Positions 29,049 to 37,003 of a stretch of 64,000 nt of DNA are shown piece after piece (within the stretch, counting starts at the first letter, position 1; every line of letters begins with the position of its first letter). The position numbers and the translations under genes are program-made. The stretch covers positions 247 through 64,246 of the forward strand of contig SOIM01000058.1 in NCBI GenBank assembly GCA_004377185.1, given 5' to 3'. Below the pieces are notes generated by a model. That model was not told the DNA's origin and ran no database searches. It worked only from the letters and a program-made list of their open reading frames with translations. This DNA comes from Methanomassiliicoccales archaeon (GTDB lineage Archaea > Thermoplasmatota > Thermoplasmata > RBG-16-68-12 > SOIM01).

Positions 29049-30296
29049 CTACTTCGGGGGTTCTATGCCAGTGTTCTTCGCTATATCCCAAAACTCTCTG
29101 TCCGATATGCCTCGCCTTTCATCTTCCCTTTCCCTGAATATCTTGATGAACTCGACCTGCTCCTTCTTGCCTTTATGCTCTGCCATCTCCTTTATTCCTT
29201 CAACGAGCTTGGTCATCTGCTCCGGGGTGGCAGTGATGCCAGCTTTCTCCAGTTTGTCCGCGACCGCGGCCTGACCCGTATGCTTACCAAAGATGAACCT
29301 TCTGGTTCTGCCGATCGTCTCGCAGTCAATGGGCTCGTAGGTAAGAGTCTTCTTGAGAACGCCATCTGCGTGGATGCCAGACTCGTGAGAGAACGCGTTG
29401 TAGCCAACAATCGGCTTGTTGATCGCAATCGGGATCCCAGAGATCTCCTCAACCGTTCTGGAGAGTTCGTATATCTTGCTCAGGTCTATACCAGTACGAT
29501 AATCATATAACATCTCCAAGCCCAGGACAAGTTCTTCGAAGGAAGCGTTGCCGCTCCTTTCTCCTATGCCGTTGACGGTGGTATGAGGAATCTCCACTCC
29601 GCACTCTATCGCTGCTAACGTATTGGCGACCGCCATTCCCAAGTCGTTGTGGCAGTGTACCGACAGTTGGACTGGTTTGAATCTTTTCTTGATCTCTCCG
29701 ATCCACCACTGCATCGCGGAAGGTGTCATTACACCTACAGTGTCACAAAGAACAGCTCTCTGGGCGCCTGCTTCGGTACATGCATTGTAGAGCTCGGTGA
29801 CGAAATCCAGATCTGCTCTGACCGTATCTTCGGTGACAAAAGAAACCTTCAGGCCATGGTCCCTGGCATACTGAACTGACTCCACGGAGATATCCAAGAC
29901 CTTCTCCCTGGTCATCTGCAACTTGTATTTCAAATGTAAATCGCTGCAGGCCACGAAAATGCTGGTCTCGTCCACGTCCGCCTCCACGCAGGCATCGATG
30001 TCCGATCTCACCGTCCTCGCAGCGCCTATTATGGTCGCCTTCAACCCTTCATTGGCAACAGCCTTGACGGCCTTGAACTCCTCCTTCGAGACGACCGGGA
30101 TGCCCACATCCATTATGCCCACGCCCATGTCGTCCAGCATCTTGGCGATCTTGAGCTTCTCATCGACGGTGAAAAAGACTCCGGGGGTCTGCTCCCCGTC
30201 CCTCAGAGTCTCCTCCCAGATAACCACTTTCTCGGGAAGTCCCTTGATCACTTCCTTCTCGAGGACGTAATTTCGTACGAGCTTTTCCTCCTCCAT
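29049..30296 (-). CDS. Short-type 2-isopropylmalate / homocitrate / citramalate synthase family enzyme (no LeuA regulatory domain).
   Basis: DRE-TIM aldolase motifs LRDGEQTPG, HCHNDLGMAVANTLAAIECG and SHESGIHADG. Only 415 aa, so it lacks the LeuA C-terminal allosteric domain. Confidence 0.8.
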   Translation of the reverse strand: MEEEKLVRNYVLEKEVIKGLPEKVVIWEETLRDGEQTPGVFFTVDEKLKIAKMLDDMGVGIMDVGIPVVSKEEFKAVKAVANEGLKATIIGAARTVRSDIDACVEADVDETSIFVACSDLHLKYKLQMTREKVLDISVESVQYARDHGLKVSFVTEDTVRADLDFVTELYNACTEAGAQRAVLCDTVGVMTPSAMQWWIGEIKKRFKPVQLSVHCHNDLGMAVANTLAAIECGVEIPHTTVNGIGERSGNASFEELVLGLEMLYDYRTGIDLSKIYELSRTVEEISGIPIAINKPIVGYNAFSHESGIHADGVLKKTLTYEPIDCETIGRTRRFIFGKHTGQAAVADKLEKAGITATPEQMTKLVEGIKEMAEHKGKKEQVEFIKIFREREDERRGISDREFWDIAKNTGIEPPK

Positions 30297-30474
30297 AATC
30301 CTACCCCCTTTGGAGATAAGCTGTAGAATGGGATATTCGTAATTAAATCTGATGTGAGAACTGATGTCATTGTTTGCTGTGCACGTTCGCGGTTGATATT
30401 GGCTCTGTCAGTCCGCTCAGTTACAAGAAAAGATATTTATGCCGAATAGGCAATGGGTATGATAGGTGCACTGA

Positions 30475-30705
30475 ATGCGAGACAAGGTGGAAGAGGTCCT
30501 GGAGAAGAACATAAGACCAGCTCTTAGAGCGGACGGAGGAGATATCGAGCTCGTGGAAGTCAACGAGGAAGCGGGTGAGGTCAAGGTCAGACTGCAAGGA
30601 GCCTGTGCTGGATGTCCGCTTTCCCAGATGACCAGCCTGACAGTGGTTGAAAGAATTCTGAGACAGGAGATTCCAGAGATCAAGAAAGTGACGACCGTGA
30701 CTTAG
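30475..30705 (+). CDS. NifU-like (Nfu C-terminal domain) Fe-S cluster protein.
   Basis: IRPALRADGGDIELVEV...VKVRLQGACAGCPLSQMT motif. Divergent from the synthase gene. Confidence 0.75.
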   Translation: MRDKVEEVLEKNIRPALRADGGDIELVEVNEEAGEVKVRLQGACAGCPLSQMTSLTVVERILRQEIPEIKKVTTVT

Positions 30706-30777
30706 GTCGTGTGAGTTCTTCAGAAATAAGATTCCATCGGAACATTTATTAACTAGTTCGATTCCATATTTTGAGAC

Positions 30778-31728
30778 ATGGACGTGGAGGGGAACGTCCG
30801 GAGAATCGTCGTGCCCACACCTTTACCGTTAGGAGGGACGAACCTTTATCTGGTCAAGGAGAAACCAATCACTCTGATAGACACGGGGCCGGACACCGAA
30901 GACACCAAAGCGGATCTCAAGTTTGGTCTGGCTAAGATTGGTCTGAAGCTCAAGGACGTGGAGAGGATCGTTCTTACACACGGACACGTAGATCACTGCG
31001 GATTGGCTCATGAGTTCGTAGAAATATCCAACCCCGAGATATTGGCTCACGAGAAGGACAGGGACATCATTGAGGATTTTGGCTCAGCTGTAGAGAAGAG
31101 GTTCGAGGATTGCGGTGAACTGTTTGGCAGCACGGGCGCTCCACCCGAGACTTTCCAAGTCATCCGGGAGTTTCTGGACTTCCTGGGATCCCTCACCCAT
31201 CCATGCGAGATTACCAGGACGCTCAAGGACAAGGACAAGATAGAGTTCGAAAGCGGAGCCTTTGGTGTTCTGTACACGCCTGGACACTCGTCCGGATCAA
31301 TAAGCCTGCAGTCAGGAGACACACTATTCAGCGGAGACGCGCTGCTGGTCGAGAACTCCCCGTGCTCGGTTTTCGGAGGAGCGGACAAGAAATCCGTTGG
31401 ACTGGATGACTTTTTGGACTCTATGGAGAAGCTCTCCAAGCTGGGAGCGAGAAAGGCATATCCTGGACACGGCGAACCGTTTGAGAACGTGAAGGAGAAG
31501 ATAAAGGGGATGCAATCGGCCTACGAAGCCAAAAAGGAGACAATACTGGACTACCTTAGTAAGGAAGAACTCACAGCGTTCGAACTTATGAATCGGGTCT
31601 TCGGGATAATATCCATAGAACAGGTTCTCATGGGGCTTGGGGAAATCCTGGGACATTTGGAAATACTAGCAAAAGAGAAGGCGGTCGAGACAAAAGAGAA
31701 GGAAGGCCTCATCTACTACAAGGTCTAA
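30778..31728 (+). CDS. MBL-fold metallo-hydrolase.
   Basis: HxHxDH motif VLTHGHVDHCGLAHEF, plus downstream TPGHSSGS and YPGHGEPF. Confidence 0.8.
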   Translation: MDVEGNVRRIVVPTPLPLGGTNLYLVKEKPITLIDTGPDTEDTKADLKFGLAKIGLKLKDVERIVLTHGHVDHCGLAHEFVEISNPEILAHEKDRDIIEDFGSAVEKRFEDCGELFGSTGAPPETFQVIREFLDFLGSLTHPCEITRTLKDKDKIEFESGAFGVLYTPGHSSGSISLQSGDTLFSGDALLVENSPCSVFGGADKKSVGLDDFLDSMEKLSKLGARKAYPGHGEPFENVKEKIKGMQSAYEAKKETILDYLSKEELTAFELMNRVFGIISIEQVLMGLGEILGHLEILAKEKAVETKEKEGLIYYKV

Positions 31729-31792
31729 CCCTGGATTCAGCCCGACAAAGGTTTAATAACCGTCTCGCTTTTTCTCATTCAGGACGGAAAGC

Positions 31793-32242
31793 ATGAAGAG
31801 GATTTCACGCGACGAGTATTACATGAACATAGCCATTGATGTCTCCAAAAGGGCCACTTGCACACGGAGGCAGATAGGATCCGTCGTAGTGAACGGGGAT
31901 GAGATAAAGAGCACTGGGTACAATGGAAATCCTCGAGGTCTGCCACACTGCGATGAGATAGGTTGTATAAGGGACGAACAGAACATACCCTCAGGAGAGA
32001 GAATGGAGGTCTGTACTGCCGTTCATGCCGAACAGAACGCCCTGCTCCAGGCTGGAAAGGGGGCGAAGGGTGCCGTCCTCTACACAACAATCGTGCCCTG
32101 CAACACATGCGCCAAGATGATCATCAACGCTGGCATAGAGAGAGTTGTATATTTGGATGGGTATCCGGAGACGATGGGACTGGATCTTCTTCAGCAGGCT
32201 GGGATACCAGTGGAGAAGCTGGATCTGGAAGGACACGAGTAG
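31793..32242 (+). CDS. dCMP deaminase (cytidine/deoxycytidylate deaminase family).
   Basis: Zinc-binding HAEQNAL and PCNTCAKMI motifs with the dCMP deaminase-type N-terminus YYMNIAIDVSKRATCTRRQIGSVVV. Confidence 0.85.
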   Translation: MKRISRDEYYMNIAIDVSKRATCTRRQIGSVVVNGDEIKSTGYNGNPRGLPHCDEIGCIRDEQNIPSGERMEVCTAVHAEQNALLQAGKGAKGAVLYTTIVPCNTCAKMIINAGIERVVYLDGYPETMGLDLLQQAGIPVEKLDLEGHE

Positions 32243-32372
32243 CTCCTGACATTTCTGGAAAGTGGAATCTTGATTTGTCATTTCCCAGTCTATCGATCGG
32301 GTGTTTTGGCTGTGAAATGGGTCAATTCCAAACAATTGTCTTAGAAATACTCATCAAGAGATTCCCAGCACA

Positions 32373-32592
32373 GGTTAACCTTGTTTATGGTTAACCTTTT
32401 GGAGTGTGGCCAGTGGTTGATTTCTAGAGGAGTTGACCTTGTTTAAGGTTAACTTCCTAGAGCAGAATATTCAACTATTTCCAGTCGAGTTAACCTTGTT
32501 TAAGGTTAACCTTTTGGAGTGTGGCCAGTGGTTGATCTATAGAGGAGTTAACCTTGTTTAAGGTTAACTTCCAAAAGAAGTTCAACAAGCCA
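32373..32592. repeat. Tandem duplication of a ~110 nt unit, each with two 9 bp-arm palindromes (GTTAACCTT-GTTT-AAGGTTAAC) flanking a conserved 36 nt spacer.
   Basis: Four palindrome copies at about 32373, 32434, 32489 and 32545, two of them perfect. The spacer TTTTGGAGTGTGGCCAGTGGTTGATYTMTAGAGGAG occurs twice. The repeat lies between the convergent 3' ends of the dCMP deaminase and radical SAM genes. Confidence 0.75.
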
Positions 32593-32600
32593 AGCTACTT

Positions 32601-33479
32601 TTAGAACATATCAGAAGGAAGGTCATTTCCAAGGAGGCCCACGGCATCCGCTTTGCATTTTGCACAGTGCCTCATCTGAGGAATGGTCGCTTCACAATAG
32701 TCCCTGACCAGCTTCACCTCTTTGCTGGTGGGCGGCCGATATCCCTCGAAAGCTGAACCTTCCACAGGAATCAGTGGCATTACGTTCAACGTATGAGCCC
32801 CGAGGTCGGACGCCTTCTTCGCAATCTTTGGTATCTGGTCGTCGTTTATTCCAGGTATGAAAACGGAGTTTATTTTCACCAACATACCCGAGTTCACGAA
32901 CAGCTCCACGGCCTGCCATTGATTCTGTGACAGGACCTTGAAACCGAACTCGCCCTTGAACACGTTCCCGTTCCACCGCACCCAGGAATAGATCTTCTTC
33001 CCAACTGATGGGTCCACGGCAGCAATGGAAACGGTGGCAAACTGCAATCCCAACTCTTTGAGCCTGTCTATGTAGATGGGCGCCAAAAGCCCGTTCGTAG
33101 CAAGGCATAGGAGCATATATGGATGTAACTTCTTGACCATTTCCAGCGTCTCAAAGGTCTCCTCGTTCGCCAAAGGTTCACCAGGACCAGCTATGCCCAC
33201 TACACTGAGATTGTCCAGCTTGCTTCTGACGATCCGGACCCTCCTGACCGCCTCGAAAGGTGTCAGAATCCCCGAAGTAACTCCAGGCCTGTTCTCGTTC
33301 GGGCAGTCGAACTTTCTGTTGCAGTAGTTGCATTGTATGTTGCAGTCGGGAGCCACGGGCAGATGGATTCTGGCGAACTCACAGGAAGCCGAGAAGTTAT
33401 AGCAAGGATGATTGGCTGCCAGCTGAGGAGAAAATGGATCGCCCACTTTCCCGGGGTTCCCCTCGCTCATAAGGAACAT
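32601..33479 (-). CDS. NifB-type radical SAM protein (stand-alone radical SAM domain).
   Basis: HPCY...FARIHLPVAPDCNIQCNYCNRKFDC is the canonical NifB CxxxCxxC context. C-terminal CAKCKADAVG. No other nif genes are in the window. Confidence 0.75.
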   Translation of the reverse strand: MFLMSEGNPGKVGDPFSPQLAANHPCYNFSASCEFARIHLPVAPDCNIQCNYCNRKFDCPNENRPGVTSGILTPFEAVRRVRIVRSKLDNLSVVGIAGPGEPLANEETFETLEMVKKLHPYMLLCLATNGLLAPIYIDRLKELGLQFATVSIAAVDPSVGKKIYSWVRWNGNVFKGEFGFKVLSQNQWQAVELFVNSGMLVKINSVFIPGINDDQIPKIAKKASDLGAHTLNVMPLIPVEGSAFEGYRPPTSKEVKLVRDYCEATIPQMRHCAKCKADAVGLLGNDLPSDMF

Positions 33480-34687
33480 CAGATGTGATTTCCCTTATTT
33501 GCTTTTTGCATTTCGAACTTCGCACCTCGTTCTGGATTGCTCCTCAAGCCGGCCAAAGCAAGCAAGAACAGCAGGGCGCAAACCGCTCCTGCCACCAAGA
33601 AGACCCCTCTCACCCCCAGGATAAGCGCGATCGGACCGAAGATCACTGGAGATAGGAACTGTCCGATAACACCGAACGTTCCGAGGTAAGAGATGATCCT
33701 TCCGCGTATTGAGATGTGTCCCATCTCACCTACCCAGATCATGATCGCAGGACCAATCATTCCTTGACCGATGCCGAATAGTACGATCGACGCAGCTACG
33801 AAATAAGGTGAGAAGGCCTGGGAGATGAGGGTGAACCCAATTGCCCAGAGGGACAATGCAATGAGAACGATCATCCTGAATGAGAGCCTTGATCTAATCC
33901 TTCCGTACAGCAGAGATGTGGATCCTGCCGAGATCGCCATGGTCGCGATGAACAGACTGATATGGAACGGGTCTATGATGCCGAATTCCTCCACGAGCGG
34001 GGGAATGAATATCACATTCACATACAGAAGGGTCATCGCCAAGAACATGAGTCCGTAGAGGACGACGAGTATGGGTTTATCTCTCAGAACTCTCAAGACC
34101 GAACCGCCTCTGGCAGAAGCTGAGGTCTCTTCCCTGCGTGTCTCAGGTACCGTCACTAGGGTGACAACAGCAAGAAAGATGCCCAAGAAGTAAACGGCAA
34201 AAGGCAGATTCCAGGAGATCCCACCCAGAAGACCCCCGATCAACGGCCAGACGAGGCCTCCGAAGGATTGGGCGCTACCTCGCCATCCCATGATCTTGTC
34301 TCTTTCCGCTTCCTGATACAAGTTCAGGATCATCACGGTTATTGAGTTCAGGATCGCTGCAACCGCAATACCAAGGACCGCCCTACTTGCAATCAGCACC
34401 CAGTAGGATGAGATGAACAATCCAGAACCACCGGCCAAGCCGTAGAGAACCAAACCGAAAATGAAAGGCTTCTTAGTACCTATCTTGTCGATAATGACTC
34501 CGAACACGGGACTGAAGAAGGCGATGAGAAGTGCGTGAGCGGTTATGATGAAGCCCACGGAAGCTGTGTCAACGCCCAATCCTTCCCGCATCAGGTTCAA
34601 CACGGGAGCTATGATCGCCCCCGCCATCACTGTAAGAGTCGCGGAAACCAGTACGATCCACAAAGTGTATCTGTTGAAAATCCTCAC
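33479..34687 (-). CDS. MFS transporter.
   Basis: 402 aa with 12 predicted TM helices and MFS motifs between TM2 and TM3. Its stop overlaps the radical SAM start by 1 nt. Confidence 0.8.
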   Translation of the reverse strand: MRIFNRYTLWIVLVSATLTVMAGAIIAPVLNLMREGLGVDTASVGFIITAHALLIAFFSPVFGVIIDKIGTKKPFIFGLVLYGLAGGSGLFISSYWVLIASRAVLGIAVAAILNSITVMILNLYQEAERDKIMGWRGSAQSFGGLVWPLIGGLLGGISWNLPFAVYFLGIFLAVVTLVTVPETRREETSASARGGSVLRVLRDKPILVVLYGLMFLAMTLLYVNVIFIPPLVEEFGIIDPFHISLFIATMAISAGSTSLLYGRIRSRLSFRMIVLIALSLWAIGFTLISQAFSPYFVAASIVLFGIGQGMIGPAIMIWVGEMGHISIRGRIISYLGTFGVIGQFLSPVIFGPIALILGVRGVFLVAGAVCALLFLLALAGLRSNPERGAKFEMQKANKGNHI

Positions 34688-34760
34688 GACCGTTGAAAAA
34701 CTCCTTCGATTAAAAACGTTTGCCGTTGGGTGGGTCGATTTGAAACAGACTGCTGCACCT

Positions 34761-34769
34761 ATTTGGGAA
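34761..34769 (+). promoter_or_regulatory. Archaeal TATA box (TTATTTATA) for the V4R gene.
   Basis: About 27 nt upstream of the first in-frame ATG (34796, NGGMMMDK), which implies a leaderless transcript. Confidence 0.4.
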
Positions 34770-34795
34770 TTATTTATACTCCAAAGACTTACTGG

Positions 34796-35320
34796 AATGG
34801 GGGAATGATGATGGACAAGGCCGAGAACATTGCTGAGAATCTAAAATTCGATCCCGACAATGGAGAGCTTTCTTTCAAGGGGATCAGATACATGCTGATT
34901 AGACCTGAGACTATTATGCAGCTCCAGAAGAATGTTGAGAGAGAGCTCGGAGAGGATGCATCCCGTGTAATAGCCAGAGGGGGGTTTGAGGGCGGATCAC
35001 TATCCACAAAAGCATACAAAGAGAAGTTCGGCCTCAGTAACGAAGAGATCGTTGACTACATGTGCGACATGGGCTCATCAATAGGATGGGGCAGATTCAG
35101 ATTGATTGAGTTGAGCAAGAAACATTTGATTGTGGAGGTGGCCAATTCTCCTTTTGCCGAGGTCTATGGGTCATCCCAGAACGGAGTATGCCACATGATC
35201 AGAGGGGTCCTGGCCGGGCTGGGAAGAACTGTTTTGGAATCAGATGTAGAATCCATCGAAGAGAAGTGCGTATCGAAAGGGGACGATGTCTGCAGGTTCG
35301 TCATAAAGAGAGTGGATTGA
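34796..35320 (+). CDS. V4R (4-vinyl reductase) domain small-molecule-binding protein.
   Basis: V4R-like C-terminal half with conserved Cys/His (GSSQNGVCHMIRGVLAGLGRTV...CVSKGDDVCRF). Divergent from the hyuBA operon. Confidence 0.65.
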   Translation, partial: NGGMMMDKAENIAENLKFDPDNGELSFKGIRYMLIRPETIMQLQKNVERELGEDASRVIARGGFEGGSLSTKAYKEKFGLSNEEIVDYMCDMGSSIGWGRFRLIELSKKHLIVEVANSPFAEVYGSSQNGVCHMIRGVLAGLGRTVLESDVESIEEKCVSKGDDVCRFVIKRVD

Positions 35321-35326
35321 GGCGGT

Positions 35327-37003
35327 TCACTTCTTCGAATACCCGTATTCCCGCTTTGCGCTTCTCAAGGAGATCTTACCATCCAGTAGGTCCTTTTCCA
35401 CCAGTTCTCTGTCTCTTTTGCGGGGATTTCCGTAACCTCCTCCGCCGGGCAACCTCAGGCTGACGATATCCCATTTGTTGAGGAAGCTCACTCCTTTGGA
35501 CCTGGCTCTCCTCTCGCCCTTGTTGTCAATCAGATAGAATCTTCCCTTTGTCCCTTCCTTTCCACCGAACAATCCGAAAGGTGGTCTCTCCTGAGTATCC
35601 CCGTATCGCGCCCAAGATACATTGTCCACCAGGAACATTATGTCCCTCCTCAGACCCATGGCACCCCTGTGCTTGCCCGGGCCACCGCTGTCCTGGATGA
35701 GTTCGAACCGTTCTATTCTCACGGGATATTCGAGTTCTATTGCCTCGATCGGGGTATTCATGAACCTGGCCAAATGAGAATCCTGCCCGTCCTTTCCATC
35801 CACAGTGGGCAAAGCACCGGCGCCACCGCCCTGGATGTCGGTGTAGACCCACCTCTTGCCCTTGTAGTAACCGCTGAACCCGCATGTGGAGATCTGTCCA
35901 TGGCTTCCGGCCATCACCTTGTCAGGTGCGGCTTTGGCCAGCGCCTGGAGCATGGCTTCCACAATCTTCTGGGAGCAGTTCGTCCTGGCCGCTACAGCCG
36001 AAGGAAGCGTGGGGTTGACTATCAATCCTTCTTGAGCATCTATTTCCACCGGTCTGTAGCATCCTGAATTGGGCGGTACGTGAGGATCCGCCACAGCGAT
36101 CATGGTGTAAAACACAGCAGCGTAAGTAGTGGCGATCGGGCAGTTGATGTTCCCCCTCACCTGTTTGCTGGTTCCCTTGAAATCCACCTTCGCAGTATCG
36201 TCTTTTATGTGTATGTTAACCTGAACAGGAATCAGGTCATCGGTCACGCCATCGTTGTCTATGACCGCCTTTCCGCTGTAGTTGCCATCGGGCAGGTTCC
36301 TCAATCCTTCCCTCATTCGGGTCTCGGAATAGTTCATCAACCGCCTGACGCAGTTGTGCACCACGTCCACGCCGTACTTCCTGTAGACATTCTGGATCTT
36401 CTTTATCCCCACGTAGTTGGACGCGACCTGCGCTTTGATGTCCCCGATCGTGTTGTCCGGCACCCTGATGTTGTTCCTGATTATGGCGAAGACGTCCTCG
36501 TTCTCCTTGTACCTCTTGTAGAGCTTCACCATCGGGATTCTCAGTCCTTCTTGGTAAATCTCGGTCATACCGCCGGCCACGCCTCCGGGGACCATACCAC
36601 CCATGTCCGATTGATGGGCGATCGTTCCAACAAAACCAACCAGATTCTTCCCATAATGTACAGGTGCGAATGTCTGAACATCCATTATGTGCTGACCGCC
36701 CATATACGGGTCGTTCGAGATTATCACATCCCCTGGGTGCAGATCCTTTGGACCGAAGTGCCTGGCCAGCGTCTTCATCGTCAATTCAAAACCGGTGAGC
36801 AGCATTGGGGCGTGATGTGCCTGTGCAATTGTATCCCCTTTATCGTCAAAGATCGCGCACGTAATGTCCATTATCTCCTTGATGATGGGGGACCTGGCTG
36901 TTCTTACCAGAGTATAGCCCATCTCATCGGCAATCTGCTCCATAGCGAAACGGATGACCTGCATGGTGATCGGGTCCGCGGTGTACTTCATTCTCTTTGC
37001 CAT
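35327..37003 (-). CDS. Hydantoinase B / oxoprolinase family protein (HyuB-like).
   Basis: 558 aa Hydantoinase_B fold. Its stop overlaps the start region of the hyuA-like gene. Confidence 0.85.
   Translation of the reverse strand: MAKRMKYTADPITMQVIRFAMEQIADEMGYTLVRTARSPIIKEIMDITCAIFDDKGDTIAQAHHAPMLLTGFELTMKTLARHFGPKDLHPGDVIISNDPYMGGQHIMDVQTFAPVHYGKNLVGFVGTIAHQSDMGGMVPGGVAGGMTEIYQEGLRIPMVKLYKRYKENEDVFAIIRNNIRVPDNTIGDIKAQVASNYVGIKKIQNVYRKYGVDVVHNCVRRLMNYSETRMREGLRNLPDGNYSGKAVIDNDGVTDDLIPVQVNIHIKDDTAKVDFKGTSKQVRGNINCPIATTYAAVFYTMIAVADPHVPPNSGCYRPVEIDAQEGLIVNPTLPSAVAARTNCSQKIVEAMLQALAKAAPDKVMAGSHGQISTCGFSGYYKGKRWVYTDIQGGGAGALPTVDGKDGQDSHLARFMNTPIEAIELEYPVRIERFELIQDSGGPGKHRGAMGLRRDIMFLVDNVSWARYGDTQERPPFGLFGGKEGTKGRFYLIDNKGERRARSKGVSFLNKWDIVSLRLPGGGGYGNPRKRDRELVEKDLLDGKISLRSAKREYGYSKK

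Noticed and set aside
32373-32592. Possible CRISPR array (regularly spaced 22 nt repeats).
   Set aside because: The two long spacers are the same sequence, the repeats are perfect palindromes, there are only four copies, and no cas genes are nearby. The arrangement is a tandem duplication, not a repeat-spacer array.
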